Both the position numbers and the translations under genes were made by a program. The notes beneath the pieces are model-generated. The model did not search any database. It was given only the letters and a program-made list of their open reading frames with translations, and was not told where the DNA came from. This document shows positions 1 to 7,805 of a stretch of 12,642 nucleotides of DNA, piece after piece. Position 1 is the first letter of the stretch; every line of letters starts with the position of its first letter. Location: assembly GCA_050298055.1 (NCBI GenBank), contig JBNKTL010000071.1, positions 1-12,642 on the forward strand, in the 5' to 3' direction. This DNA is from Spirochaetota bacterium. GTDB lineage: Bacteria; Spirochaetota; UBA4802; UBA5550.

Positions 1-84
1 GGGATACTGGAGGTCCGGGAGTTTTCTCCTGTTAATGGGAAAAATAGTGTATAGGGGTCAGAGCCTTTTAAGATTTTAACTCTT

Positions 85-1458
85 TTAAGAACCAGTAAAG
101 AGACGGATGAAATGTTCATATATGATCTCCGCTTGTTTTTTGTCTCTTCCCTCTGATATGATTCTGAAAACCGGTTCTGTATTAGAGGGCCGCAGATGGA
201 CCCATCCACCGGAAAAAATCTCATGCTTTCTGAAATCTATTCTGAGCCCATCAATGGAAGAGAACATTTCTCCCTTAAAGCTCTTTTTAATATCATCAAA
301 TTTCACGCTAGGGTCAGAGCCTGCTGTGTTTGTGGCAAGTTTAACCTTCCCCTTTTTCATCACATAACGGGGTAAGGAAGCCACAATATCGGCTATACTC
401 TTCTTTCTCTCTGTCATCATCTGTAAAATGTATCCGATCCCCGCAAGGCTGTCCCGGCCAAGGTGGACTTCGGGAGAGATGACCCCCCCGTTCCCTTCGC
501 CCCCGATACGGGCGCCGTTTTTCCGCATCTCGTCAGCCACGTTTATCTCCCCCACCTTTGTCCGCTTTGCTCTGACCCCGTATCTCCCGGCAATATCATC
601 TATGGCCTTAGTTGTGGAAAGATTTGTCACCACCCTCCCCTTTTTTGAGGAGAGCATATGCTCGGTCACAAGGGCAAGGGTATACTCCTCACCAATGGGC
701 CTTCCGGTGTTGTCAACAACCGCCAGCCTGTCCGCATCGGGGTCCTGGGCAAAGCCGATATGGGCTTTATGCTTCTTCACGGCCCGGGAAAGGGCGCTGA
801 GATTCTCAGGTAACGGCTCCGCTACCCGGGGAAAGATCCCCGTCATGTCACAATAGAGGGGGATAACCTCGCAGCCAAGCTCTTCCAGAAGTTTCCGGGT
901 TATCAGGGAGCCCGCGCCGTTGACCGAGTCGAGGACCACCTTAAACTTCCTCTTTCTTATGCTGTTCCTGTTTATGGTTTTGAGGACCAGGCCTATATGA
1001 ATATCGTCGGCGTCACGATTCTCGATGATCTTCCCTATCCGGTTCCACCTGACATATTTCTTCTCATTCTCCATCATTGCGAAGAACTTCTTTACCTGGC
1101 TTGCGTTGAGGAAAAGGCCTGACCTGTCAATAAGTTTGAACGCGTTCCATTCTATGGGATTATGGGAGGCAGATATGACAATCCCCCCAGCGGCCCCCAG
1201 TTTCTCCACCATGACCTGGACTGTGGGCGTGGGGACGATTCCGATATCAATAACATCTCTTCCCGACATGGCTAGCACCGACCGTATCGACTGGGCGATA
1301 ACCTCACCAGTAGGCCGGGAGTCTCTGCCAAGAACCACAGGTCCTTTCCCGCAGTACCGGGCAAATGCCGCGCTCACTTCCACAATGAGTTCCGGTGTGA
1401 AGGTCTCTCCCACCACACCTCTTATACCGGAAACGGATTTCATCAGCCGGGATGCCAT
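85..1458 (-). CDS. glmM: Alpha-D-phosphohexomutase (phosphoglucosamine mutase / PMM-PGM type)
   Basis: 457 aa with N-terminal SGIRG, GRDSR, catalytic Ser loop ISASHNP, metal-binding DPDADR, sugar-binding GGEGNGG and phosphate-binding RPSNTEP. AGGAG lies 7 nt upstream of the ATG, inside the end of secA. Family is secure; substrate (glmM vs manB/pgm) is inferred. Confidence 0.85.
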   Translation of the reverse strand: MASRLMKSVSGIRGVVGETFTPELIVEVSAAFARYCGKGPVVLGRDSRPTGEVIAQSIRSVLAMSGRDVIDIGIVPTPTVQVMVEKLGAAGGIVISASHNPIEWNAFKLIDRSGLFLNASQVKKFFAMMENEKKYVRWNRIGKIIENRDADDIHIGLVLKTINRNSIRKRKFKVVLDSVNGAGSLITRKLLEELGCEVIPLYCDMTGIFPRVAEPLPENLSALSRAVKKHKAHIGFAQDPDADRLAVVDNTGRPIGEEYTLALVTEHMLSSKKGRVVTNLSTTKAIDDIAGRYGVRAKRTKVGEINVADEMRKNGARIGGEGNGGVISPEVHLGRDSLAGIGYILQMMTERKKSIADIVASLPRYVMKKGKVKLATNTAGSDPSVKFDDIKKSFKGEMFSSIDGLRIDFRKHEIFSGGWVHLRPSNTEPVFRIISEGRDKKQAEIIYEHFIRLFTGS

Positions 1459-4200
1459 CTATTTTCTCCTGTTTCGCCTGGTCTTCTTTCTCTTGCTGCC
1501 CCCCTCTACAGGAATACTCTCCTTCTTCGCTTTGGAGCCTGTTTTCCTCTGGGGCGAAGCTGCAACAGGAATACCTCCCGAACCGAACTGCTCCACATCC
1601 GCATGGAACTCTTCACCCATGTCCCCGTAATCATACTCCATCTCCTCGATGGCATGCTCAACCACTACCTTCATCATATACTCCAGGATCTCCTGCTTGA
1701 GCCCCCCCATCATGTCGTTGAAGAGCCTGAATCCCTCGATCTTGTACTCCACAAGGGGGTTCTTTTCGCCGTATCCCACGGTCCAGATCCCGTCCCTGAG
1801 CTGGTCCATGGCGAGAAGGTGCTCCCGCCACTTGTTGTCGATGACCTGAAGGGAGATGAGCCTCTCAAGGACCCTCATATCCTCTGTCCCGGTATCGGAC
1901 TCTTTCTGTCTGTATATGGACCGGAGCTCATCGGCAATACCTGTCCTGAACTCATCGTATGTCAGGTTGTAGGGGCTCACCTTTTCAAGGTCCAGTTCCA
2001 GGGTAAACCTGCCTCTGAGCCAGGCAAGCATGCCGTCCATGTTCCACTCCTCCGGGTGGCCTCCGCCCCCGGTAAAGTATTCGATCTCGGCATCAACAAT
2101 ATCATCAATATAAGTATTGATTTTTTGGGACAGGTCTTCCCCCTCAAGGATCTGGTTTCTCTCATCATAGATAAATTCACGCTGGGAGTTCATCACGTCG
2201 TCGTATTCAAGAAGGTGCTTCCTGATTTCGAAGTTCCTTCCCTCAACCCTCTTCTGGGCCCCGGCTATAGCCTTGGAGACCATTCCGCTCTCAATCTCCT
2301 GTCCCTCCTCCATGCCGAGCTTCTGCATGATGGCCGATATTCTCTCGGAGGCGAAGAGCCTCATAAGGTCATCCTCAAGGGAGAGGTAAAACCGCGAGGA
2401 GCCGGGATCACCCTGACGCCCCGATCGCCCCCTGAGCTGGTTATCTATCCTCCGCGCCTCATGCCTCTCGGTACCCAGGATATGAAGACCGCCGGCCTCA
2501 ACGACCCTGTTGTGATTTTCTACCCACTCTCTGCCGGTCCTGACAATATTTTTTGCCTTATGACTGTCCTGGCCGGCAAGCTTCCCGGCAACTTTTTCGG
2601 CATTTTCAAAATCGTTTAAGATAACATGTTTCCTGAACTCGTCCCAGTCATTGACGTCATGTACGGGGATGTGGGACTCCAGTTCATCAATATAGCCCTT
2701 CCGTCCCCCGAGAACAATGTCCGTACCCCGGCCGGCCATGTTGGTGGCGATGGTCACGCTGCCGGGACTTCCCGCTTCCGCAACGATCTGTGCCTCCTTC
2801 TCATGGTACTTGGCATTGAGAACATTGTGAACAACCCCCCGTGATTTCAGGTAGCGTGAAAGAACCTCCGATTTTTCAATCGATATTGTTCCCACAAGGA
2901 TAGGCTGTCCATTCCCGGAAAGCTCCGATATCTCATCCACAATGGCGTTATATTTCTCCTTCTCGGTCCTGTAGACCCTATCGGGATTGTCTTTCCTCAC
3001 AAGGGGCATGTTGGTAGGTATGACAACAACGTCCAGGGAGTAGATCTTCTTGAACTCAACGGCCTCGGTGTCCGCGGTCCCTGTCATTCCCGCGAGTTTT
3101 GAATACATTCTGAAAAAGTTCTGGAAGGTCACCGATGCCAGGGTCTGGCTCTCCCGGGCAATGGTCACGTTCTCCTTGGCTTCCAGGGCCTGGTGAAGAC
3201 CGTCGGAATACCTTCTTCCGGGCATGAGACGTCCCGTAAATTCATCAACGATGATAACCTCCCCCTCTTTGACGATATAGTCAACGTCCTTTACAAAGAG
3301 GGTATGGGCCTTGAGGGCCTGGTTGATATGGTGAATGGTGTCGATATGGTTGTTGTCGTAGAGGTTGTCGACCTTCATGAGCTTCTCGAGGTGACTGACC
3401 CCTTCCTCGGTAAGGGTCACGTTTTTATCCTTTTCGTTCACCTCGTAATCGGTCCCCTCCCTGAGGCTGGGAATGACCTTGTTGATGAGAAAATACTTCT
3501 TGGTGGATTCTTCGGTTGAGCCCGATATAATCAGCGGAGTCCTGGCCTCGTCGATGAGGATGGAATCCACCTCGTCAACGATACAGAAGTTAAGGGCCTT
3601 CTGGACCCGGAGGCTCTTATGCTCAACCATGTTGTCCCTGAGGTAATCGAAACCGAACTCGTTGTTTGTACCATAGGTAATGTCACAGTTATAGGCGTTC
3701 TGCCTCTCCTGGGGCTCCATGTTGTGCTGGATAATACCGATAGTCAGGCCAAGGAATTTATAGATGGGAGACATCCACTCCGCGTCCCTCCGGGCAAGGT
3801 AATCATTAACAGTGACCAGGTGCGCCCCTTTACCCGAAAGGGCGTTGAGGTAGAGGGGAAGTGTTGCCACCAGGGTCTTCCCTTCGCCGGTTTTCATCTC
3901 CGCGATCTTTCCCGAATGAAGTACGGAACCGCCCATGAGCTGGACATCGAAGTGCCTCATCCCCAGGGTCCGTACCGAAGCTTCCCGGACCAGGGCAAAG
4001 GCCTCCGGCATGATACTGTCCAGGGACTCACCTTTATTGATCCTCTCCCTGAACTCGCTGGTTTTCCCCCTCATCTCATCATCGGTAAGTTTCTTCACAT
4101 CACTTTCAAGGGAATTGATCTTTTCCACAAGGGGTATGAGCTTTTTTATATCCCTCTCATGCTTGGTTCCAAAAATCTTTCCCAGGGCTTTGTCTATCAT
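1459..4200 (-). CDS. secA: Preprotein translocase ATPase SecA
   Basis: 913 aa with Walker [34 protein letters not shown], Walker [33 protein letters not shown] and [31 protein letters not shown] 7 nt upstream of the ATG. Confidence 0.99.
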   Translation of the reverse strand: MIDKALGKIFGTKHERDIKKLIPLVEKINSLESDVKKLTDDEMRGKTSEFRERINKGESLDSIMPEAFALVREASVRTLGMRHFDVQLMGGSVLHSGKIAEMKTGEGKTLVATLPLYLNALSGKGAHLVTVNDYLARRDAEWMSPIYKFLGLTIGIIQHNMEPQERQNAYNCDITYGTNNEFGFDYLRDNMVEHKSLRVQKALNFCIVDEVDSILIDEARTPLIISGSTEESTKKYFLINKVIPSLREGTDYEVNEKDKNVTLTEEGVSHLEKLMKVDNLYDNNHIDTIHHINQALKAHTLFVKDVDYIVKEGEVIIVDEFTGRLMPGRRYSDGLHQALEAKENVTIARESQTLASVTFQNFFRMYSKLAGMTGTADTEAVEFKKIYSLDVVVIPTNMPLVRKDNPDRVYRTEKEKYNAIVDEISELSGNGQPILVGTISIEKSEVLSRYLKSRGVVHNVLNAKYHEKEAQIVAEAGSPGSVTIATNMAGRGTDIVLGGRKGYIDELESHIPVHDVNDWDEFRKHVILNDFENAEKVAGKLAGQDSHKAKNIVRTGREWVENHNRVVEAGGLHILGTERHEARRIDNQLRGRSGRQGDPGSSRFYLSLEDDLMRLFASERISAIMQKLGMEEGQEIESGMVSKAIAGAQKRVEGRNFEIRKHLLEYDDVMNSQREFIYDERNQILEGEDLSQKINTYIDDIVDAEIEYFTGGGGHPEEWNMDGMLAWLRGRFTLELDLEKVSPYNLTYDEFRTGIADELRSIYRQKESDTGTEDMRVLERLISLQVIDNKWREHLLAMDQLRDGIWTVGYGEKNPLVEYKIEGFRLFNDMMGGLKQEILEYMMKVVVEHAIEEMEYDYGDMGEEFHADVEQFGSGGIPVAASPQRKTGSKAKKESIPVEGGSKRKKTRRNRRK

Positions 4201-4273
4201 GGTTGTATCCTTATTTTATAAAAGTACTCTATTTTGTCTGCCACAGAGGCACAGAGAAGATAATATTTTATTT

Positions 4274-4302
4274 TCTCCCCGCCGCCATAGGCGGCGGAGA
4301 GA
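4274..4302. repeat. GC-rich hairpin / REP-like palindrome upstream of secA
   Basis: TCTC-c-CCGCCGCC-ATA-GGCGGCGG-a-GAGA: perfect 8-bp core stem, extending to 13 bp with one G.U pair in the minus-strand RNA. No U-tract follows on the minus strand. Confidence 0.8.
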
Positions 4303-4498
4303 TATCTTGTATTCTTTTCACATTTTAATGAATATTCTTATGCATAGCTGAATTGTGACTCTTCACACTACTAAAAATTAAAGGGAATCAATTTTATCAA
4401 GCAGTATTTGTAGAATAGGAAAATAAAAAATTAATACTGCCCGGTTATATTTAACAAGTCACTAATTATTAACTATAGAGCCGGGTTGCCGGGAAAAG

Positions 4499-5635
4499 TT
4501 ACACATGCAGGAGCTTATTGGTGAAATTGTGCTCGTAGAGTTCATCTATGGCTTCCTTCAGCATATCAACTCCATTGTTTTTTACCGCAGACCCGATAAT
4601 TGCCCGGGGAAACCTGTTTTTTACCAGGTTGATATTCCTTTCACTTTTTTTAAGATCTGATTTATTAAAAAAGAGTATCAGAGGCTTTTGGGAAACATCC
4701 AGCCGGGCCAGTTCCCTCTCCACTGTGAGGATATTGTTGTCCAGGTTCTCGGAGCTGAGATCTATCACATGGATGATATAATCCGCGTTTTTGATCTCTT
4801 CAAGTGTTGACCTGAACGACTCGATGAGGTTCGCGGGAAGATTTGTAATAAAGCCCACGGTATCCGATATGAGTGTAAACCTTCCCCTGTGAAGATAGAC
4901 CCTCCGGGTATAGGAATCCAATGTGGCAAAGAGCCTGTTCTCCACGAAGAGGTCATCCCGGGCCAGCCTGTTGAGGAGGGTGGATTTCCCGGCATTGGTG
5001 TATCCCACAACAGCGCCCAGGTATTCACTCCCCCGGGACTTCCGGGTGATCTTTCTGGATGATTCGAACTTTTTGAGCTCTTTTTTTAACTTTATGATCC
5101 TTCTGGCGATGTGTCTCCTGTCGGTTTCAAGCATCTTTTCACCGGGACCCCGTGTACCGATACCTCCTCCAAGCCGGGAAAGCACCCCTCCCAGGCCCTT
5201 GAGCCGGGGAAGGATATAGTTGAGCTGGGCAAGTTCCACCTGGACCTTGGCCTCGGCGCTCCTGGCCCTCCGGGCAAAGATATCGATAATGACCTCGTTT
5301 CTCCCCACCACCCTGCATTTGAGCCTCTCTTCAAGGTTCCGTATCTGAGCGGGCCGGATATTGTTCATATCAAAAACAATGAGCTTGATCTTCTTCTCGT
5401 TAACGATCTCCCCGATCTTTTCCAGCTGCCCCTTCCCCACGATATACGCGGCGTCAATCCTCTCGCGCTTCATGATGCGTGAATCGACGATTATTCCTCC
5501 CGCGGTTTTTACCAGGAGCCTGAGTTCGTCCAGGGAGTGTTCCGCGGCATCATGACCGCTTTTATCAGTTTGTACGGATATGAGAAAGGCTCTCTCATCT
5601 TTTGAAGAAGGTATTCTATTTACCGAAGCATCCAT
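4499..5635 (-). CDS. hflX: Ribosome-splitting GTPase HflX
   Basis: 378 aa with the HflX N-domain (GKGQLEKI, QIRNLEE, DIFARRARSAEAKVQVELAQL), GGGIGTRGPGEKMLETDRR, G1 GYTNAGKST, G2 FATLD, G3 DTVG, G4 NKSD and G5 SA. Confidence 0.97.
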   Translation of the reverse strand: MDASVNRIPSSKDERAFLISVQTDKSGHDAAEHSLDELRLLVKTAGGIIVDSRIMKRERIDAAYIVGKGQLEKIGEIVNEKKIKLIVFDMNNIRPAQIRNLEERLKCRVVGRNEVIIDIFARRARSAEAKVQVELAQLNYILPRLKGLGGVLSRLGGGIGTRGPGEKMLETDRRHIARRIIKLKKELKKFESSRKITRKSRGSEYLGAVVGYTNAGKSTLLNRLARDDLFVENRLFATLDSYTRRVYLHRGRFTLISDTVGFITNLPANLIESFRSTLEEIKNADYIIHVIDLSSENLDNNILTVERELARLDVSQKPLILFFNKSDLKKSERNINLVKNRFPRAIIGSAVKNNGVDMLKEAIDELYEHNFTNKLLHV

Positions 5636-6071
5636 TGAATATAATTTTACTGCCCGGTTTTATCCCGTTGCGGGAAAACCAGCCCTGTTTTACCTCCAGC
5701 GCGTATTTTGCAGGTATTTTAGAAGGATAGGTCACGGATATGTCAAGCGGTTTCATATGATAAATCTCGTTTATTACACCCTTTTTGCTGATATAGGCAA
5801 TACTCAGGGGTATATAGGTGTTCTTCATCCAGAACCTGCGGTATCGTTCACCGCTGAAAACAAAGAGCATACCATAGTTGTCCGGAAGGATCCTTCTGAA
5901 CATGAGGCCCTCCCTTTTTGCCCCCTCTGTCTCTGCTATCTCAGTATTAATGATAACAGCTTTCCTGTCACGGTTCAATATTTTAATGAAGCAGTACCTG
6001 TTTTCACCGAAGGAGAGACCGGCGCTTAAGAGCAGTGCCAGGGAAAGAGTGAATAGGAGCTTAAAATTCAC
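5616..6071 (-). CDS. DUF192 (UPF0127) family exported protein
   Basis: Family motifs EIAET..KREGLMFR, GMLFVF, FWMKNTYIPLSIAYI and YALEV..GWF...GIKPG. The GTG at 6071 gives a signal-peptide-like start (VNFKLLFTLSLALLLSAGLSFG); the track's ATG at 6110 is the alternative start. Confidence 0.9.
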   Translation of the reverse strand: MNFKLLFTLSLALLLSAGLSFGENRYCFIKILNRDRKAVIINTEIAETEGAKREGLMFRRILPDNYGMLFVFSGERYRRFWMKNTYIPLSIAYISKKGVINEIYHMKPLDISVTYPSKIPAKYALEVKQGWFSRNGIKPGSKIIFNGCFGK

Positions 6072-6786
6072 CGCTGTAAATGATCCTGATGATCCTGTTT
6101 GGCTTTTCATTGTCCTGAAGCATCACATCAAATTCAACACCCAGTTGACCGAGATAGGTATACCTCAATCCAAAGTTCGTCAGCCAGTCCTCGGACCTTT
6201 TGAAGTTATAGTAGACCCGCTCACTTTCCATCTTGAACCTGAAGGACTCACCCAGGGGTATATCAAAGCAGAGAAAATACGAGGTATCTTCCGGAACATA
6301 GTCGGGCTGTGTGGGGACCCTGACCCCGTAACTGACAAACTGTTCACCCCCGAAGAGGTATATGGGATTTGTAAACGCGAGATAGGGACCGTAGATCATC
6401 CTGTTGAGCTTATTATAGTCGTTCTCGGTCTTGCCCACAGACCCGATATAGAAGGAATCGTATCCCACGGCAATAGAAAGGGGAAACTCCGGCCAGCCGT
6501 CTGTTATCTTAAGCCGGGCTATGACCCCCGGTATATTGGGTTCCGAGTCATCCTTCCCGATCAGGCTCTGCATATCGAATGAAGCACCCAGAAAAATAAT
6601 GTCATGAAGTCCCAGTATGGTCTTCAGTTCCACTCCGCCGTTGTCATATCCGAGAAATTTGACCTGGTACATGCCCCTGTCCAGTGTATAAGCAGTAGGC
6701 GTATCGATCCCGCTGGTATTCTTCCACTGTGAAAAGACCGGCCCCGAAAACATTAATAAGAATATTATAAGGTAGATTCTTCTCAT
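6061..6786 (-). CDS. Exported protein, probable outer-membrane beta-barrel, YjbH-domain-like
   Basis: 241 aa with a Sec signal peptide (MRRIYLIIFLLMFSGPVFS), an IDTPTAYTLDRG motif resembling the N-terminus of YjbH-domain proteins, amphipathic Tyr/Phe/Gly-rich strands and a terminal Phe (RIIRIIYSGEF). Family call is from recall. Confidence 0.65.
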   Translation of the reverse strand: MRRIYLIIFLLMFSGPVFSQWKNTSGIDTPTAYTLDRGMYQVKFLGYDNGGVELKTILGLHDIIFLGASFDMQSLIGKDDSEPNIPGVIARLKITDGWPEFPLSIAVGYDSFYIGSVGKTENDYNKLNRMIYGPYLAFTNPIYLFGGEQFVSYGVRVPTQPDYVPEDTSYFLCFDIPLGESFRFKMESERVYYNFKRSEDWLTNFGLRYTYLGQLGVEFDVMLQDNEKPNRIIRIIYSGEF

Positions 6787-6945
6787 GACTGCATATCTTG
6801 TCCTTTTTTACCTTGATGTTAATGGTATCGGTAAGTTTATGTTATTTTTTTATTTATTAAATAAGAAAATATGTGTTTTTGACTGGAACCATTTTCCGGG
6901 TCAGAGCAAATAAAAGGTCTAATGCATTAAATTTAAAAGAAGATA

Positions 6946-7046
6946 AGCCGCAGATACACGCAGATGTACGCAGAAAGATAAGAGAAGAAAAAGAATTATT
7001 ATAATTATCCGCATTTATCTGCGTTTATCAGCGTTCATCTGCGGTT
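6946..7046. repeat. Inverted repeat with arms built from tandem 10-mers (consensus nnCGCAGAT)
   Basis: Left arm AGCCGCAGAT ACACGCAGAT GTACGCAGAA (6946-6975). Right arm ATCCGCATTT ATCTGCGTTT ATCAGCGTTC ATCTGCGGTT (7007-7046), the reverse complement of the same unit. The arms are separated by a 31-nt A/T-rich spacer. Confidence 0.9.
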
Positions 7047-7071
7047 CCAAACTCTTTGTCTTTAACTCTTC

Positions 7072-7106
7072 AACCCGGAACTTGGAACTTGTAACCAGTA
7101 ACTAAC
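7072..7106. repeat. Degenerate heptamer tandem array (AACnnGn)
   Basis: AACCCGG AACTTGG AACTTGT AACCAGT AACTAAC, directly adjoining the rph stop codon at 7107-7109. Confidence 0.7.
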
Positions 7107-7805
7107 TTAAACCGAGTTCTGAATAGCGATAAGTTCATCAATCCCTTTCTCCGCCAGGGTCATCATTTCATTGAGCTGTTCCCGGGTAAAGGTTGAGCCC
7201 TCACCGGCGCCCTGTACCTCTATAAGGTGATGACTGCTGTTCATGACAATGTTCATATCAACCTCGGCATTTCTGTCTTCGGAATAGTCGAGGTCCAGAA
7301 GGACCTGGTTATCCACGTATCCCACTGATACTGCCGCCACATTGTCAATAAGAGGGGATTCCGGTATCAAGCCCTCGGCAATCATTCTGTCCAGGGCCAG
7401 TTTCAGCGCCATATAGCTGCCGGTTATGGCCGCAGTCCGTGTCCCGCCGTCAGCGGTAAGGACATCGCAGTCTATCTCAATGAAAAAACCTTCGATCTTT
7501 TCAAGATCCAGGGCACAGCGAAGAGAACGTCCGATGAGTCTCTGTATCTCCACGGACCTCCCGTCACGCTTCATGAACTCCCTTTTCCTCCGGGGAATTG
7601 TTGAATAGGGAAGCATGGTATATTCCGCGCTGAGCCACCCTCTCCCCTTCCCCGCGGCATGGTCCGGGACGTCCCTTCCCGGGCTTACGGCGCAGATCAC
7701 CCTTGTACCCCCTGCCCGAAAGAGGACCGAACCGTATGCCCCGGGACAGTAATCCTTCGTAACAGTAATATCTCTCAGGCTATTGAAATTTCTTGAGCTC
7801 CTCAT
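7107..7805 (-). CDS. rph: Ribonuclease PH (tRNA nucleotidyltransferase)
   Basis: Motifs GSVLFRAGGTRVIC, GWLSAEYTMLP, EIQRLIGRSLR, signature DCDVLTADGGTRTAAITG, LDLDYSED..AEVDMN and IEVQG. Start reassigned from 7994 to the ATG at 7805 (MRSSRNFNSLR), giving 232 aa, a normal size for the family. Confidence 0.96.
   Translation of the reverse strand: MRSSRNFNSLRDITVTKDYCPGAYGSVLFRAGGTRVICAVSPGRDVPDHAAGKGRGWLSAEYTMLPYSTIPRRKREFMKRDGRSVEIQRLIGRSLRCALDLEKIEGFFIEIDCDVLTADGGTRTAAITGSYMALKLALDRMIAEGLIPESPLIDNVAAVSVGYVDNQVLLDLDYSEDRNAEVDMNIVMNSSHHLIEVQGAGEGSTFTREQLNEMMTLAEKGIDELIAIQNSV

Noticed and set aside
17..30. Terminator downstream of glmM (GGAG-TTTT-CTCC)
   Set aside because: Stem of only 4-5 bp, with no U-tract on the minus strand.
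1603..2619. 338-aa plus-strand ORF, and other plus-strand ORFs such as 1025-1630, 3619-4221, 5878-6582 and 11096-11557
   Set aside because: They lie antisense to well-supported genes and show no recognisable motifs; typical shadow ORFs produced by codon bias.
4274..4302. Intrinsic terminator for hflX
   Set aside because: An A-rich rather than U-rich tract follows on the minus strand, and it is ~200 nt from the hflX stop. Kept as a hairpin/repeat instead.
4354..4367. Canonical CRP or Rex site
   Set aside because: The TGTGA/TCACA half-sites are 4 nt apart instead of 6.
6880..6903. Imperfect hairpin TGACTGGAA...TTCCGGGTCA
   Set aside because: Needs a bulge and a wobble pair, and the T-run is on the wrong side for a minus-strand terminator.
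6946..7106. Possible CRISPR array
   Set aside because: Units are 7-10 nt, contiguous and without unique spacers, and there are no cas genes.
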